Assembly: GCF_001481685.1 (NCBI RefSeq)
Contig: NZ_CP006867.1
Coordinates: 300,001-332,000 of the forward strand
Source of the DNA: Ignicoccus islandicus DSM 13165
GTDB taxonomy: Archaea; Thermoproteota; Thermoprotei_A; Sulfolobales; Ignicoccaceae
Direction: 5' to 3'
DNA: 32,000 nucleotides
The notes beneath the pieces were generated by a model, which saw only the letters and a program-made list of their open reading frames with translations, did no database searches and had not been told where the DNA came from. Positions 8,021-16,702 of the stretch are shown piece by piece. Each line of letters starts with the position of its first letter. The first letter of the stretch is position 1. A program made the translations under genes and the position numbers.

Positions 8021-8781
8021 TGCGCCGTTCTTCCATATAGCTCAATGCCCTCGATTCGTTCCACTCGAACGTCTTCCAAGGCATAGTAGTCTATTAGGTA
8101 AGAAGTTGCTCTCGAAACTTCCTTCAAGTAACCCTTCTTTACTAATCTTTCCAAGGCGTTCCTTCCGTCCACTGCACCAGGGGCAACGGAAATCACCGTT
8201 CCGTTTAGACAGATGAAAGACAATATTGGATTACCTTTTCCGAAATGGAAGTATATCCCGTTGTTACATCTACCTTGAGCTATCGAAACGGTAGCTTTCA
8301 ATCTCCTCGGTTCCTTCAAGTTAAGCAACTTAGATAGAACGGGATAGGGTGCTGTCCACACCAGCTCCTCGAACTCCAATTGCCTTAATCCGCTCAAGTA
8401 TACCTTACCCTCTTCTAAGTCTATTCTCTTTAACTTCGAATTAAGTAACCTCAAGTTCTTGGGTTCTACTTTCAATCGAGTAACTAGGTACCACTTGTCC
8501 CTTTCCAACCATCTGAGAGGCCACGGTTTTTGGCAATTGAAATTTCCGCAAGCCTTCTCCTCAGCATCGCCTTCCTTAACTACTCCTTCAACTTGCAGTT
8601 CAACGCATTCGCTCTCTGGAGGACATCTCTCGACGAGAATCGGGACGAGGGGGAGCTCTTTATCGCCTATTTCGACCTTCCTTAAGGGAAGGGGAGGCAA
8701 GCCCACGGGATCAATTACTATCGAATTGGGAAAACAATAGGAAGCGAGCGTGTGACCGATTACCACTCTAACTTTCTCCAA
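7978..8781 (-). CDS. Uncharacterised protein resembling a degenerate flavin amine-oxidase/UDP-galactopyranose-mutase-like C-terminal region
   Basis: 'LEFEELVWTAPYPVLSKLL' and C-terminal 'VERIEGIELYGRTAQWKEMGLEDVMK' resemble the amine oxidase/UGM 'D.vis..P…GR.a.w.y….' elements. No intact GxGxxG. Overlaps the next gene by 43 nt; TTG start. Confidence 0.5.
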   Translation of the reverse strand: MEKVRVVIGHTLASYCFPNSIVIDPVGLPPLPLRKVEIGDKELPLVPILVERCPPESECVELQVEGVVKEGDAEEKACGNFNCQKPWPLRWLERDKWYLVTRLKVEPKNLRLLNSKLKRIDLEEGKVYLSGLRQLEFEELVWTAPYPVLSKLLNLKEPRRLKATVSIAQGRCNNGIYFHFGKGNPILSFICLNGTVISVAPGAVDGRNALERLVKKGYLKEVSRATSYLIDYYALEDVRVERIEGIELYGRTAQWKEMGLEDVMKCA

Positions 8782-8935
8782 CGGCTACCCCGTCTTCCCT
8801 AAGAAAAACTCTACTTATTCCAAGCTCTCTCATCAAGTTAGCTATTACTCCTAACTTAGCAGCTAATTCCTCAACGTCCTTGCCTTCCGCTTCCTCTACT
8901 TCAACGGGTAACCCGTCGTAAGCGACGACCCTCAT
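8768..8935 (-). CDS. Small ORF, 55 aa (below the ORF-track cutoff)
   Basis: ATG at 8935: MRVVAYDGLPVEVEEAEGKDVEELAAKLGVIANLMRELGISRVFLREDGVAVGES. Stop overlaps the start region of the 7978-8781 gene by 14 nt, as expected for translational coupling. Confidence 0.5.
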   Translation of the reverse strand: MRVVAYDGLPVEVEEAEGKDVEELAAKLGVIANLMRELGISRVFLREDGVAVGES

Positions 8936-9077
8936 GGTTCCTCGATACTTTACTAGTGCACTTACGGAAGTTCAATTGAAGTTCGAAGTAATTAGCGAGT
9001 GATACCTCTTTCTCTCTTTATATAGCGAACGCTTTTAAATCTTGTTGAGCACGAGGGCAAGGGAAGCGAGATGAAGG

Positions 9078-10724
9078 GTGTTTACGAAATTCATAGATAA
9101 CAAAGCCCCTCCGGAAGTAGAGGTTCTAGATACTACCTTAAGAGATGGAGCTCAAGCGAAAGACGTAAGCTTCGATATACAAGCCAAGGTTAGAATCGCG
9201 TTAGCGCTAGATCAAATAGGCGTCCATTTCATAGAGGCCGGGTGGCCCGGCAGTAACCCCAAGGACGAACTCTTCTTTAAAGAGATAAAGAGATATACTC
9301 TCGAGAACGCGGAAATAGTCGCCTTCACCTCAACTAGAAGGAAGGGGCTGAGCGCGTCCCAAGATCCAATATTAGAGAAAGTATTAGATGCTGATACGAA
9401 ATGGGTAACGGTGTTCGGCAAGAGCTGGGACCTACACGTAACGGAAGTACTGAATACTACCCTTGAAGAGAACTTGAACATGGTATACGATACAATAAAG
9501 TATTTAAAAGAGAACGGTAGGAGCGTTATATTCGATGCTGAGCATTTCTTCGACGGTTTCAAGAGGAACTCCGAATACGCAATGGAGGTATTGAGGACGG
9601 CAATTGAAGCGGGGGCAGATAGAATAGTTCTAGCCGATACTAACGGAGGCATGTTGCCCCACGAGGTCTATAACGTCGTTAGGTACGTAGTTGAGGAGCT
9701 ACCCGGCGTCCCTATAGGCGTTCACATGCATAACGATAGCGGATGCGCTGTAGCTAACACAGTAATGGGCGTGGTAGCGGGAGCCAGTCACGTCCACGTC
9801 ACGGTCAATGGGATAGGGGAAAGAACGGGTAACGCGGACCTCTGCGCCGTAGTTCCCAATTTGGAACTGAAGTTGGGCGTCAGAGCGCTTAAGAATAGAG
9901 ATGGCTTGAAGATGTTAAAGCAATTATCTAAATTAGTGTACGACTTGGCTGGCTTGAAGCCAAATCCGTATCAGCCTTACGTAGGTGATAACGCGTTCGC
10001 TCACAAGGCCGGAGTTCACGTCGATGCGATACTTAAGAACCCAGTTGCATACGAACACGTACCTCCGGAGAGCGTAGGCAACAGGAGGTCGTTAGCTATC
10101 TCGGAACTCAGTGGAGCGGCTAACCTAATAGGTTGGGCTAAGAGGGAATTGGGTCTACACCTAGATAAGAGGGATCCAGCAGTAAGAAGGGCACTGAAGA
10201 GAATAAAGGAGCTTGAGAACGAGGGCTATAGCTTCGACAACGCTGTCGCCTCGGCTCTGTTAATACTGTTAGAAGAACTCGGTTTGAGAGGTAAGGCCTT
10301 CAGGATGTTAGATTGGAGGGTCATAAGCGAAGGGAACGAGGGCGGATCCAAGAGCTGGGGAATGGTGAAAGTAGGAAACGGCGAAACGTACTTAGAGGCC
10401 GAAGAGGGCATAGGTCCAGTTGAGGCCGTCGAAAAGGCGTTGAGGAAGGCATTGAAGAACGTGGTACCGGAGGTAGAGAACGTTTCCTTAGTAGATTACA
10501 GGGTTCACTTGCCGGGAGTCTCGAAGCACACGGAGAGCGACGTTAGGGTCGAGATAACCTTTACCGATGGTAAGAGGCTTTGGACTACTACATCAGTATC
10601 TAGGAACATAATAGAAGCCAGCTTAAAGGCCCTTATGGAAGGCATAGAATATTACGTCATAAGGAACAAGCTAGAAAAGATAAGGGGAGTGCTCCAAGCC
10701 AATGAAGAGGCCCCTACTCTCTGA
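9078..10724 (+). CDS. cimA: (R)-citramalate synthase (long, two-domain type)
   Basis: 'VLDTTLRDGAQAKDVSF', 'GWPGSNPKD', 'HMHNDSGCAVANT', 'GERTGNADLCAVVPNL', 'FAHKAGVHVDA', and a C-terminal LeuA-dimer-like domain. Confidence 0.88.
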   Translation: MFTKFIDNKAPPEVEVLDTTLRDGAQAKDVSFDIQAKVRIALALDQIGVHFIEAGWPGSNPKDELFFKEIKRYTLENAEIVAFTSTRRKGLSASQDPILEKVLDADTKWVTVFGKSWDLHVTEVLNTTLEENLNMVYDTIKYLKENGRSVIFDAEHFFDGFKRNSEYAMEVLRTAIEAGADRIVLADTNGGMLPHEVYNVVRYVVEELPGVPIGVHMHNDSGCAVANTVMGVVAGASHVHVTVNGIGERTGNADLCAVVPNLELKLGVRALKNRDGLKMLKQLSKLVYDLAGLKPNPYQPYVGDNAFAHKAGVHVDAILKNPVAYEHVPPESVGNRRSLAISELSGAANLIGWAKRELGLHLDKRDPAVRRALKRIKELENEGYSFDNAVASALLILLEELGLRGKAFRMLDWRVISEGNEGGSKSWGMVKVGNGETYLEAEEGIGPVEAVEKALRKALKNVVPEVENVSLVDYRVHLPGVSKHTESDVRVEITFTDGKRLWTTTSVSRNIIEASLKALMEGIEYYVIRNKLEKIRGVLQANEEAPTL

Positions 10725-10796
10725 CTAGGTGAGGACTGCGGTCCTTCACGGAGGCAGAAAAACCGCCTTAGCTTTCCTTTTCCTCGGTAATTAATC

Positions 10797-11312
10797 ATGA
10801 ACGAATGGACTTGGAAATTCGCTTTTTGGATAACTACCTTCCTAGTACCTCCCTTACTAGGCATCTACTTGGATTCCCTATGTAAAATTGGAAAGTTACA
10901 ATTAATGGTTCCGATAGGAATCATTTTGTTGATAGTAATACTGTTGGTTAGCTCAGCGGCCGGGAGAGCGTTGAGGCTATGTGGTCATTCCAGAAAGGCG
11001 AGGAGACTAACGCCTCCAGATAAGCTCGTTACGAGCTCCGTGTTTTCTTGTATGAGACATCCCAACCAATTTTCAATGTCCTTCATGCCCTTGGCTATTT
11101 CCATGATATTGGGATCTCCCTGCGGCGTGCTTCTCTCGGGATGGGGGATCGCGTTGGGTCTAGCGTTCATACTTTACGTGGAAGAGAAATTAGTTCACGA
11201 GAGCTTCTGCCCAGAGTATTGCGAATACGCGAAAGAGGTAAGGGCAGTGTCGCTTTCGCCTAAGTGCATCGTAGAGGCGATTAGAACGCTCTTAGGGGCC
11301 TCGAAGTGCTGA
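10797..11312 (+). CDS. Isoprenylcysteine carboxyl methyltransferase (ICMT)/PEMT-like membrane protein
   Basis: Multiple TM segments, 'SCMRHPNQF', 'YVEEKLVHESFCPEYCEYAKEV' resembling the ICMT/PEMT 'RHP.Y…EE..L…FG..Y..Y…V' pattern. Confidence 0.6.
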   Translation: MNEWTWKFAFWITTFLVPPLLGIYLDSLCKIGKLQLMVPIGIILLIVILLVSSAAGRALRLCGHSRKARRLTPPDKLVTSSVFSCMRHPNQFSMSFMPLAISMILGSPCGVLLSGWGIALGLAFILYVEEKLVHESFCPEYCEYAKEVRAVSLSPKCIVEAIRTLLGASKC

Positions 11313-11922
11313 GGAAGTTCGATATTATCCTCTTACCAACTGCCAAGTTTCCAACGCTCTCGGGGTGAAACTGGACTCCGTAGACCGAGTTCTCAACGTC
11401 TTGGATGGCCATTATCTCTCCGTCGGAGAGCGATAGGGCCGATACTTCCAAGCCTTCTCCGAGCTCGTCTATAACTAGACTGTGATACCTAGTTCCCTTG
11501 AACTTTTGAGGGATTCCCAAGAATATGGGGCTTTCCTTAGTTATCATTACCTCGTCGACTATTCCATGATATATTCTTTTAGCTCTTCTAAGGGTTCCTC
11601 CCCTCGCAACGTTAATTATCTGAAGACCTAAGCACACTCCTAGTATAGGTATCTTCCCAGCGAACTCCTTAACCAAGGTTATGCTTTTCGAGAACCTTTC
11701 TTTCTGTAAGTAAGGGTTTCCAGGGCCGGGTGAGAGAATTAGGTAGCTAGGCCTTATCCTTTCAATGCCCCTTAAACTAACCTCTTCGGGTCTCAGAGTA
11801 ACGACGCTGAACCCGAGCTCCTCCACTATTTGTTCAATATTGTGAACGAAACTATCTCTATGATCAATAAGCAGTACGGGCCTCACTTCCAACTCCGCTC
11901 CGATATAAAGGTCACCGAGCAA
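11281..11922 (-). CDS. trpG: Anthranilate synthase component II (glutamine amidotransferase)
   Basis: 'LLIDHRDSFVHNI', 'LSPGPGNP', 'ILGVCLGLQII', 'RYHSLVI', 'VYGVQFHPESV'. No adjacent trpE in the window, so a pabA-like role is not excluded. Confidence 0.8.
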   Translation of the reverse strand: MLGDLYIGAELEVRPVLLIDHRDSFVHNIEQIVEELGFSVVTLRPEEVSLRGIERIRPSYLILSPGPGNPYLQKERFSKSITLVKEFAGKIPILGVCLGLQIINVARGGTLRRAKRIYHGIVDEVMITKESPIFLGIPQKFKGTRYHSLVIDELGEGLEVSALSLSDGEIMAIQDVENSVYGVQFHPESVGNLAVGKRIISNFLSTSRPLRAF

Positions 11923-12987
11923 TTACCTTTCCGGGTCGTGAAGAGAAGTATGGGCTCCGATCGATGAGGAGTCGGTTCTCGTCAGAGCCCTCTTAAAGCT
12001 CCAATGGAAAGTTACGGCAGCTATTGAAATTGCAATAGATATTCCAATGGCTGCAGTCCCGATGTCGTTCACTTCAGTAAACGGGAGGGCTACCACTGAA
12101 GAAATAGCCATTAACGTATAGGTGAAGCCCAGGGCACTGGCTGGCGCTTCTCTAGCTATAGATGAAACTAACGATATTACGGACACTTCGTAAAAGGGGT
12201 AAACCGGCACGGACCACGCGAGTAGGCAAACGGGAGGAGGTGTCAAGAGAATTACTAAGGAAAGAATTGAGTAGGCTACCATTACTCCAATTAGAACTAC
12301 GTGGGGCCTCACCTTTTCAATTACCCTTCCAGCCACGTAACCGCCTATGGAAGAGGTAACGCTAGGCCCAATTGCATAGAAAAGAGCGAACTCCAATCCG
12401 CTAGTGAGTTGGGCAAACCTATAAGCGGTTAAAGTATAGAGTAAGTACTCAGAGCCCATGAAAAGGGCGAGGGAAGGAACCAGTGGAAGGAGCTTAGGGA
12501 CGGCTGCCAACAAGCCGCTCTGGGAAGGCTCAGCCGATACGCTAACTATTGAGAGAATGGTTCCCAGTAAGAACGAGAAGTTGATCAGGAGCATTGGGAA
12601 GTTGAGAGCAATTACTATTACGCCCAAGCCCCATCCCAAGGACAAGGCGCTAACTGCCTTACCCAACTCCCTAGAGTCCTTACTAGATTCTATCATGACT
12701 GCTAGGAAAGACGCATAGAAGGACGAGAGAGTTACGAACACTGTTACGGGGGTTACGGGCAGTAGGGACGTAAGGAAGGAGAGCAATCCTATAGGGGCTA
12801 TGAACCTGAGCCCCTTCCTGTCTCCGATCCACCCAGCTATTACCCCGGGCGCTGAGGCTAACATCTCAGCCAAGGCTATTTGAGAGGCTATTGAAGGAGA
12901 GGCGGCGCTTACGCGCGCAAAGGTAGTGTAGCCTCCGTAACCCAAGGCCAGTAAGGCAACGGCCAATATTAGCGCGTTCTTCCTCAA
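11923..12987 (-). CDS. MFS-type membrane transporter
   Basis: Around 10-12 hydrophobic segments with the MFS A-like loop 'GWIGDRKGLR' and 'GYVAGRVIEKVRPH'. Confidence 0.65.
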   Translation of the reverse strand: MRKNALILAVALLALGYGGYTTFARVSAASPSIASQIALAEMLASAPGVIAGWIGDRKGLRFIAPIGLLSFLTSLLPVTPVTVFVTLSSFYASFLAVMIESSKDSRELGKAVSALSLGWGLGVIVIALNFPMLLINFSFLLGTILSIVSVSAEPSQSGLLAAVPKLLPLVPSLALFMGSEYLLYTLTAYRFAQLTSGLEFALFYAIGPSVTSSIGGYVAGRVIEKVRPHVVLIGVMVAYSILSLVILLTPPPVCLLAWSVPVYPFYEVSVISLVSSIAREAPASALGFTYTLMAISSVVALPFTEVNDIGTAAIGISIAISIAAVTFHWSFKRALTRTDSSSIGAHTSLHDPER

Positions 12988-13040
12988 TCCCTTCCTTCAC
13001 CTTCCGGTTCAATAGAGCGGGCAGTTCAAGTAGAATTGCA

Positions 13041-13086
13041 ACATATGTCGAACTAATGTGACATATATGTTTAATGTGATATATGG
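13041..13086. promoter_or_regulatory. Operator-like repeated motifs: ACATATGT, AATGTGACATATATG and AATGTGATATATGG
   Basis: Palindromes ACATATGT (13041-13048) and ACATATATGT (13061-13070), plus a near-direct repeat AATGTGA(C)ATATATG / AATGTGATATATG, in the divergent intergenic region. Confidence 0.4.
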
Positions 13087-13144
13087 TACGTATAGATACC
13101 TTGCTTATAAACCCTTCGTTACTAGCTACTAACGGCGAATAGAG

Positions 13145-13252
13145 ATGAAGGCGATACAAATAAGGAAACCCATGATATTGCCCCTACCACCGGAGGACGT
13201 AAGCGAAGAGATGTTTTTGATGGAAGAGGAGACCGTCCTCGAGACCAACTAA
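13145..13252 (+). CDS. Small ORF, 35 aa
   Basis: MKAIQIRKPMILPLPPEDVSEEMFLMEEETVLETN. TATA-like 'cttataaa' ~40 nt upstream. Confidence 0.3.
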   Translation: MKAIQIRKPMILPLPPEDVSEEMFLMEEETVLETN

Positions 13253-13318
13253 TGAGTTTTTGTAACCTAATAGATCGTTTAAAAAGTTGCTCAAAGTATA
13301 TCTCTCCGGATCCTAGTA

Positions 13319-15058
13319 ATGGAATCGGTTGACCTCAAGGAGGAGCTACGAGTTCTCAGCCTAAACGCTAGAATGCTCGCTACTTCTTTTGTAATAGGAA
13401 TTATCGCTGGACTAATCACGTCAGTTTTTACGGATGCCTTCGTTATAGCGGATCGATTGAGGTATACAATAATTACCGATTGGCCAACTCTATTCGTCGC
13501 ATTAAGCCTAGCTCTAATATTTGCAACAGCATACTCGCTAAAGAGGTTATTGAATACAGTCCACGGATCTTCAACTTCTTACGTAGTAAAAGCTTACCAT
13601 TGGAGGTTCGGTTACATAGGTTTGAAGGAGCTTGGGATATACACGCTAGGAGCGATAGCTTCAGTGTTGGGGGGAGCGGTAGTCGGCCCCGAGGGTCCCG
13701 GTATCGCGATAGGTACTTTCACCGGTTACTGGATAGCGAGAAGGTTGGGTTTTAGGGGAGATAACTTAAGGAAGTTAGTATTAGTTGGAGCCGCCGCCGG
13801 TATCGCTTCTGTGTTTAGAGCGCCCCTAACGGCAATGGCGTTCGCAATAGAAGTTCCTTACAAGAGGTCGCTTGAAACGGGCGTGTTCCTCCCAGCCCTA
13901 GTTGCTACCATGACCTCGTACGTCATAACAGTTTTCATAGCCGGTCCTCAGAGGCTTCTACTAGATGTGAAGCCGTTCAAGCCGCCGACTCCTTCGCCCC
14001 TCTTGATCATCGACTCCGTTTTGATAGGCTTTGGAGCAGCTGCAATGACCTACGCGATGTACTTAGTTAAGCACTTCCTAGGCTCGCTCTCAGACTTAAA
14101 GCCCAGATATTGGTTCGTCTTCCCACTAGCTCTCTCCACGTTGATAATAGCAGCCACCTTTACTGTATCTGTACACGTACCAGGATCGGGGGACGTGCTC
14201 ACCGAAAGAGTCTTCAACGAACCAGAGGAGTTCGAAGTTGGGGACACTGTTTCCATTATGTTAGCCAGAGGTCTCTTGCTTCCCCTCTCGCTCACGTGGG
14301 GGGCTACGGGCGGACTATTCATGCCTCTAATTTCCATAGGCACCTTACTCGGCTTAACCTTCGCTAAGCTGTTCTCTGTAGATCCTCATTTACTCTACCC
14401 CTTGTTAATAGCGGGTATTTCGGCGGTCTTCAGTGGAGCTCAAAAGACGCTCTTTACCAGCGTGTTGTTGGGAGTAGAGTTCCTAGGCTTCGGAGGGTTC
14501 TTCACGTCAACTATAGCTGCTGCAGTTTCATACATCCTTACCTTGGACATAAGCCTCATCTCCGGACAGCTACCCGAGGTTCAAGATAGAAAGAAGAGAG
14601 CTATGGTGGAGCTACTAGATAAGCTCCTGAGCAATCCGAACGTCGCTAACGAAATGAACAAGAAAGTAATAGAGATAGCTAATACTAAGGTTACTGCACT
14701 GAAAGCGTATGCAAGAGTAAGGGACGTGCTACCTAGAATATATGAAGAGATGCACGAGATGTACCCAGTAGTGGATAACAGTTGGAAACTAGTTGGAAAG
14801 ATATCTCTGGATACCTTAGCCTCCGTGTCCCCGGATTCGAGAATAGGAGACGTTATGGAAGAGCCGAACTACGTGAACGAAAAAGAGAGGTTAATTGAGG
14901 CATTGAACGTAATGTTAGAAGAAAACGTTGACAAATTATACGTAGTTGACGACCAGAAGAAGTTACTGGGCGTGTTAAGTAAATCGGACTTCTTGAGGTT
15001 CGCCTTAAAGGTAATACTTGAAAAGATATTGAGAATTAAGTCCTCTTCTGAGCCCTGA
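13319..15058 (+). CDS. ClC-family chloride channel/antiporter with C-terminal CBS domains
   Basis: 'GGAVVGPEGPGIAIG' (selectivity filter), 'SVFRAPLTAMAFAIEVPYK', 'GLFMPLISIGTLLG'; CBS-like tail '…DSRIGDVMEEPNY…KLYVVDDQKKLLGVLSKSDFL'. Confidence 0.92.
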   Translation: MESVDLKEELRVLSLNARMLATSFVIGIIAGLITSVFTDAFVIADRLRYTIITDWPTLFVALSLALIFATAYSLKRLLNTVHGSSTSYVVKAYHWRFGYIGLKELGIYTLGAIASVLGGAVVGPEGPGIAIGTFTGYWIARRLGFRGDNLRKLVLVGAAAGIASVFRAPLTAMAFAIEVPYKRSLETGVFLPALVATMTSYVITVFIAGPQRLLLDVKPFKPPTPSPLLIIDSVLIGFGAAAMTYAMYLVKHFLGSLSDLKPRYWFVFPLALSTLIIAATFTVSVHVPGSGDVLTERVFNEPEEFEVGDTVSIMLARGLLLPLSLTWGATGGLFMPLISIGTLLGLTFAKLFSVDPHLLYPLLIAGISAVFSGAQKTLFTSVLLGVEFLGFGGFFTSTIAAAVSYILTLDISLISGQLPEVQDRKKRAMVELLDKLLSNPNVANEMNKKVIEIANTKVTALKAYARVRDVLPRIYEEMHEMYPVVDNSWKLVGKISLDTLASVSPDSRIGDVMEEPNYVNEKERLIEALNVMLEENVDKLYVVDDQKKLLGVLSKSDFLRFALKVILEKILRIKSSSEP

Positions 15059-15401
15059 CGGCCGCTATAGTATTATCAGAGATACCGTGTTCCTTCATGA
15101 GTTCCTCGTTCACGTGGACTTCGTTTACAGGGACCTTCTCGTCCTTAACGGCTTCAAAAGAGAACCTCTTTCCTGAGACTGCTACTTCCAGCTTGTCGCT
15201 AATTCCTAGTTCTTGCGCTAGTTGGGGGTTGATTTTAGCCTTGGTGGGGGGAACGTCGCTCCAGCGTACCCTTACCCTCTTCTCTCTGACCTTGGCTTCC
15301 CTTTGCTTTAAGGCGCTGGCGGGAGGCACTAACGCCATTAACGCCTTTACGTCGAGCTTCTTCTCCTCACCAGTTTTCTCTTCTTCGACCATCTTCATCA
15401 C
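15036..15401 (-). CDS. Conserved hypothetical protein, 121 aa
   Basis: Coherent ORF 'WSDVPPTKAKINPQLAQELGISDKLEVAVSGKRF'. Converges on, and overlaps, the ClC gene by 23 nt. Confidence 0.55.
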   Translation of the reverse strand: MMKMVEEEKTGEEKKLDVKALMALVPPASALKQREAKVREKRVRVRWSDVPPTKAKINPQLAQELGISDKLEVAVSGKRFSFEAVKDEKVPVNEVHVNEELMKEHGISDNTIAAVRAQKRT

Positions 15402-15439
15402 CGCGAGCTTATCTTCGAGCGGACGTGGAAAAGCTTTAC

Positions 15440-16597
15440 TTATTCATTAAGAACTTTCTTCAGCTTCTCAATTGATGTTCTTATGTCTTCCTCGGTTACT
15501 ACGTAAGGCGGCAGGAACCTTATCACAGTTGCACCGGCCTTGAGGGAGAGCACCCCCTCCCTTTGTAGGGCTTCTATGTATTTACCGGGCTTAACCCTCA
15601 ATTCAACGCCTATCATCAATCCCAAGTTCCTAATTTCCCTCACTATTCTTAGCCCCTCTACTTCCTCCCTTAGGAGCTCATCGAATAGCTTGCCTTTCTC
15701 CTTCGCTTTCTGAGGTACGTTGTCCTTTAGAAGCACGTCTATTGCTCCGCTAACGGCAGCCAATGCTAACGGGTTTGCACCGTACGTGGAGCCGTGAATT
15801 CCGCTCTTCACCGATTCAGCGATTTCGTCGTTAACCGCTACCATAGAGACGGGTATTCCATTGCCTATTGCCTTAGCGCTCAAGAGGACGTCTGGATCGC
15901 TAGCCCCTATTCCCTGATAGGCCCAAACGCTTCCGGTTCTACCGAACCCCGCTTGAATTTCATCGAATATTAGAACGGCTCCAACTTCCTTGGTCCTATT
16001 CCTCAACGCCATTAGGAACTCCCTGGTAGCGGGGTTTATCCCGCCCTCTCCTTGAACTGGTTCAACAATTACTGCTGCCGTGTCTTCATCTATGACCTTA
16101 TCCAAGTTCTCAGTGCTATTGAATTCCGCGAAGACGACGTCCTTAAGTAGGAGTTCCTCAACTGGGGCTCTGTAGTCCTTCCCCCACGTAACGCTCAAGC
16201 TTCCTAGCGTCCTTCCGTGGAAGGACCTCTTGAAGGCAACTACCTTCTTCCTCTTAGTATAGTAAAACGAGAGCTTTAGCGCGAGTTCGACCGCTTCCGT
16301 ACCGCTGTTTTGGAAGTACACGTTCAATAGAGTTTTAGGTAATATTTTCGGCAATTTGTTTAGAAGCTCCTCTTTGACGGGATCATCGAAGGAAGGCGAA
16401 TTTATTACCAACGTACCTAGCTGTTCAACTACCTTTGCTACAACTATAGGATTTCTATGACCTAAGAACCCTACTCCGTAGCCGTTGTAGAAGTCTAGGT
16501 ACTTCCTCCAGTTCTCGTCCCATACGTATTGCATGTAAGCCTTAACTATCTTCAGACCCCTCGGGGGATAGAACCTAAGTAACTTCGCTACTTCCAC
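15440..16597 (-). CDS. Class III aminotransferase, acetylornithine/[LysW]-aminoadipate semialdehyde transaminase family
   Basis: 'YLDFYNGYGVGFLGHRNP', 'NSGTEAVELALKLS', 'FKRSFHGRTLGSLSVT', 'EPVQGEGGI', 'LIFDEIQAGFGRTG', 'LSAKAIGNGIP'. ArgD versus LysJ cannot be separated by eye. Confidence 0.85.
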   Translation of the reverse strand: MEVAKLLRFYPPRGLKIVKAYMQYVWDENWRKYLDFYNGYGVGFLGHRNPIVVAKVVEQLGTLVINSPSFDDPVKEELLNKLPKILPKTLLNVYFQNSGTEAVELALKLSFYYTKRKKVVAFKRSFHGRTLGSLSVTWGKDYRAPVEELLLKDVVFAEFNSTENLDKVIDEDTAAVIVEPVQGEGGINPATREFLMALRNRTKEVGAVLIFDEIQAGFGRTGSVWAYQGIGASDPDVLLSAKAIGNGIPVSMVAVNDEIAESVKSGIHGSTYGANPLALAAVSGAIDVLLKDNVPQKAKEKGKLFDELLREEVEGLRIVREIRNLGLMIGVELRVKPGKYIEALQREGVLSLKAGATVIRFLPPYVVTEEDIRTSIEKLKKVLNE

Positions 16598-16702
16598 TTC
16601 CGCTAACCGTATTCAAATTCTAGCGAGGATTATTATTGCGTGACGTTGAACCTCAAGCTTATTCCGGTTCGTTTCAGCATCACGATATAGAGGCTGAAGT
16701 AA

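Noticed and set aside
8459-8740. 93-aa plus-strand ORF
   Set aside because: Antisense shadow of the flavoprotein-like gene with low-complexity Ser/Thr content. The same reasoning applies to other antisense ORFs such as 4816-5085, 9212-9652, 14050-14343, 15097-15450, 19489-19710, 22013-22231 and 30532-30945.
8768-8935. Small ORF as a SAMP/MoaD-type ubiquitin-like modifier
   Set aside because: Size and beta-start are suggestive, but it ends in …VAVGES rather than the diglycine needed, and is too short for a full beta-grasp.
10725-10796. GC-rich hairpin-like 'gaggactgcggtccttcacggaggcagaaaaaccgcc' after cimA
   Set aside because: Short inverted repeat compatible with an ordinary 3'-end structure; not distinctive enough to report as a feature.
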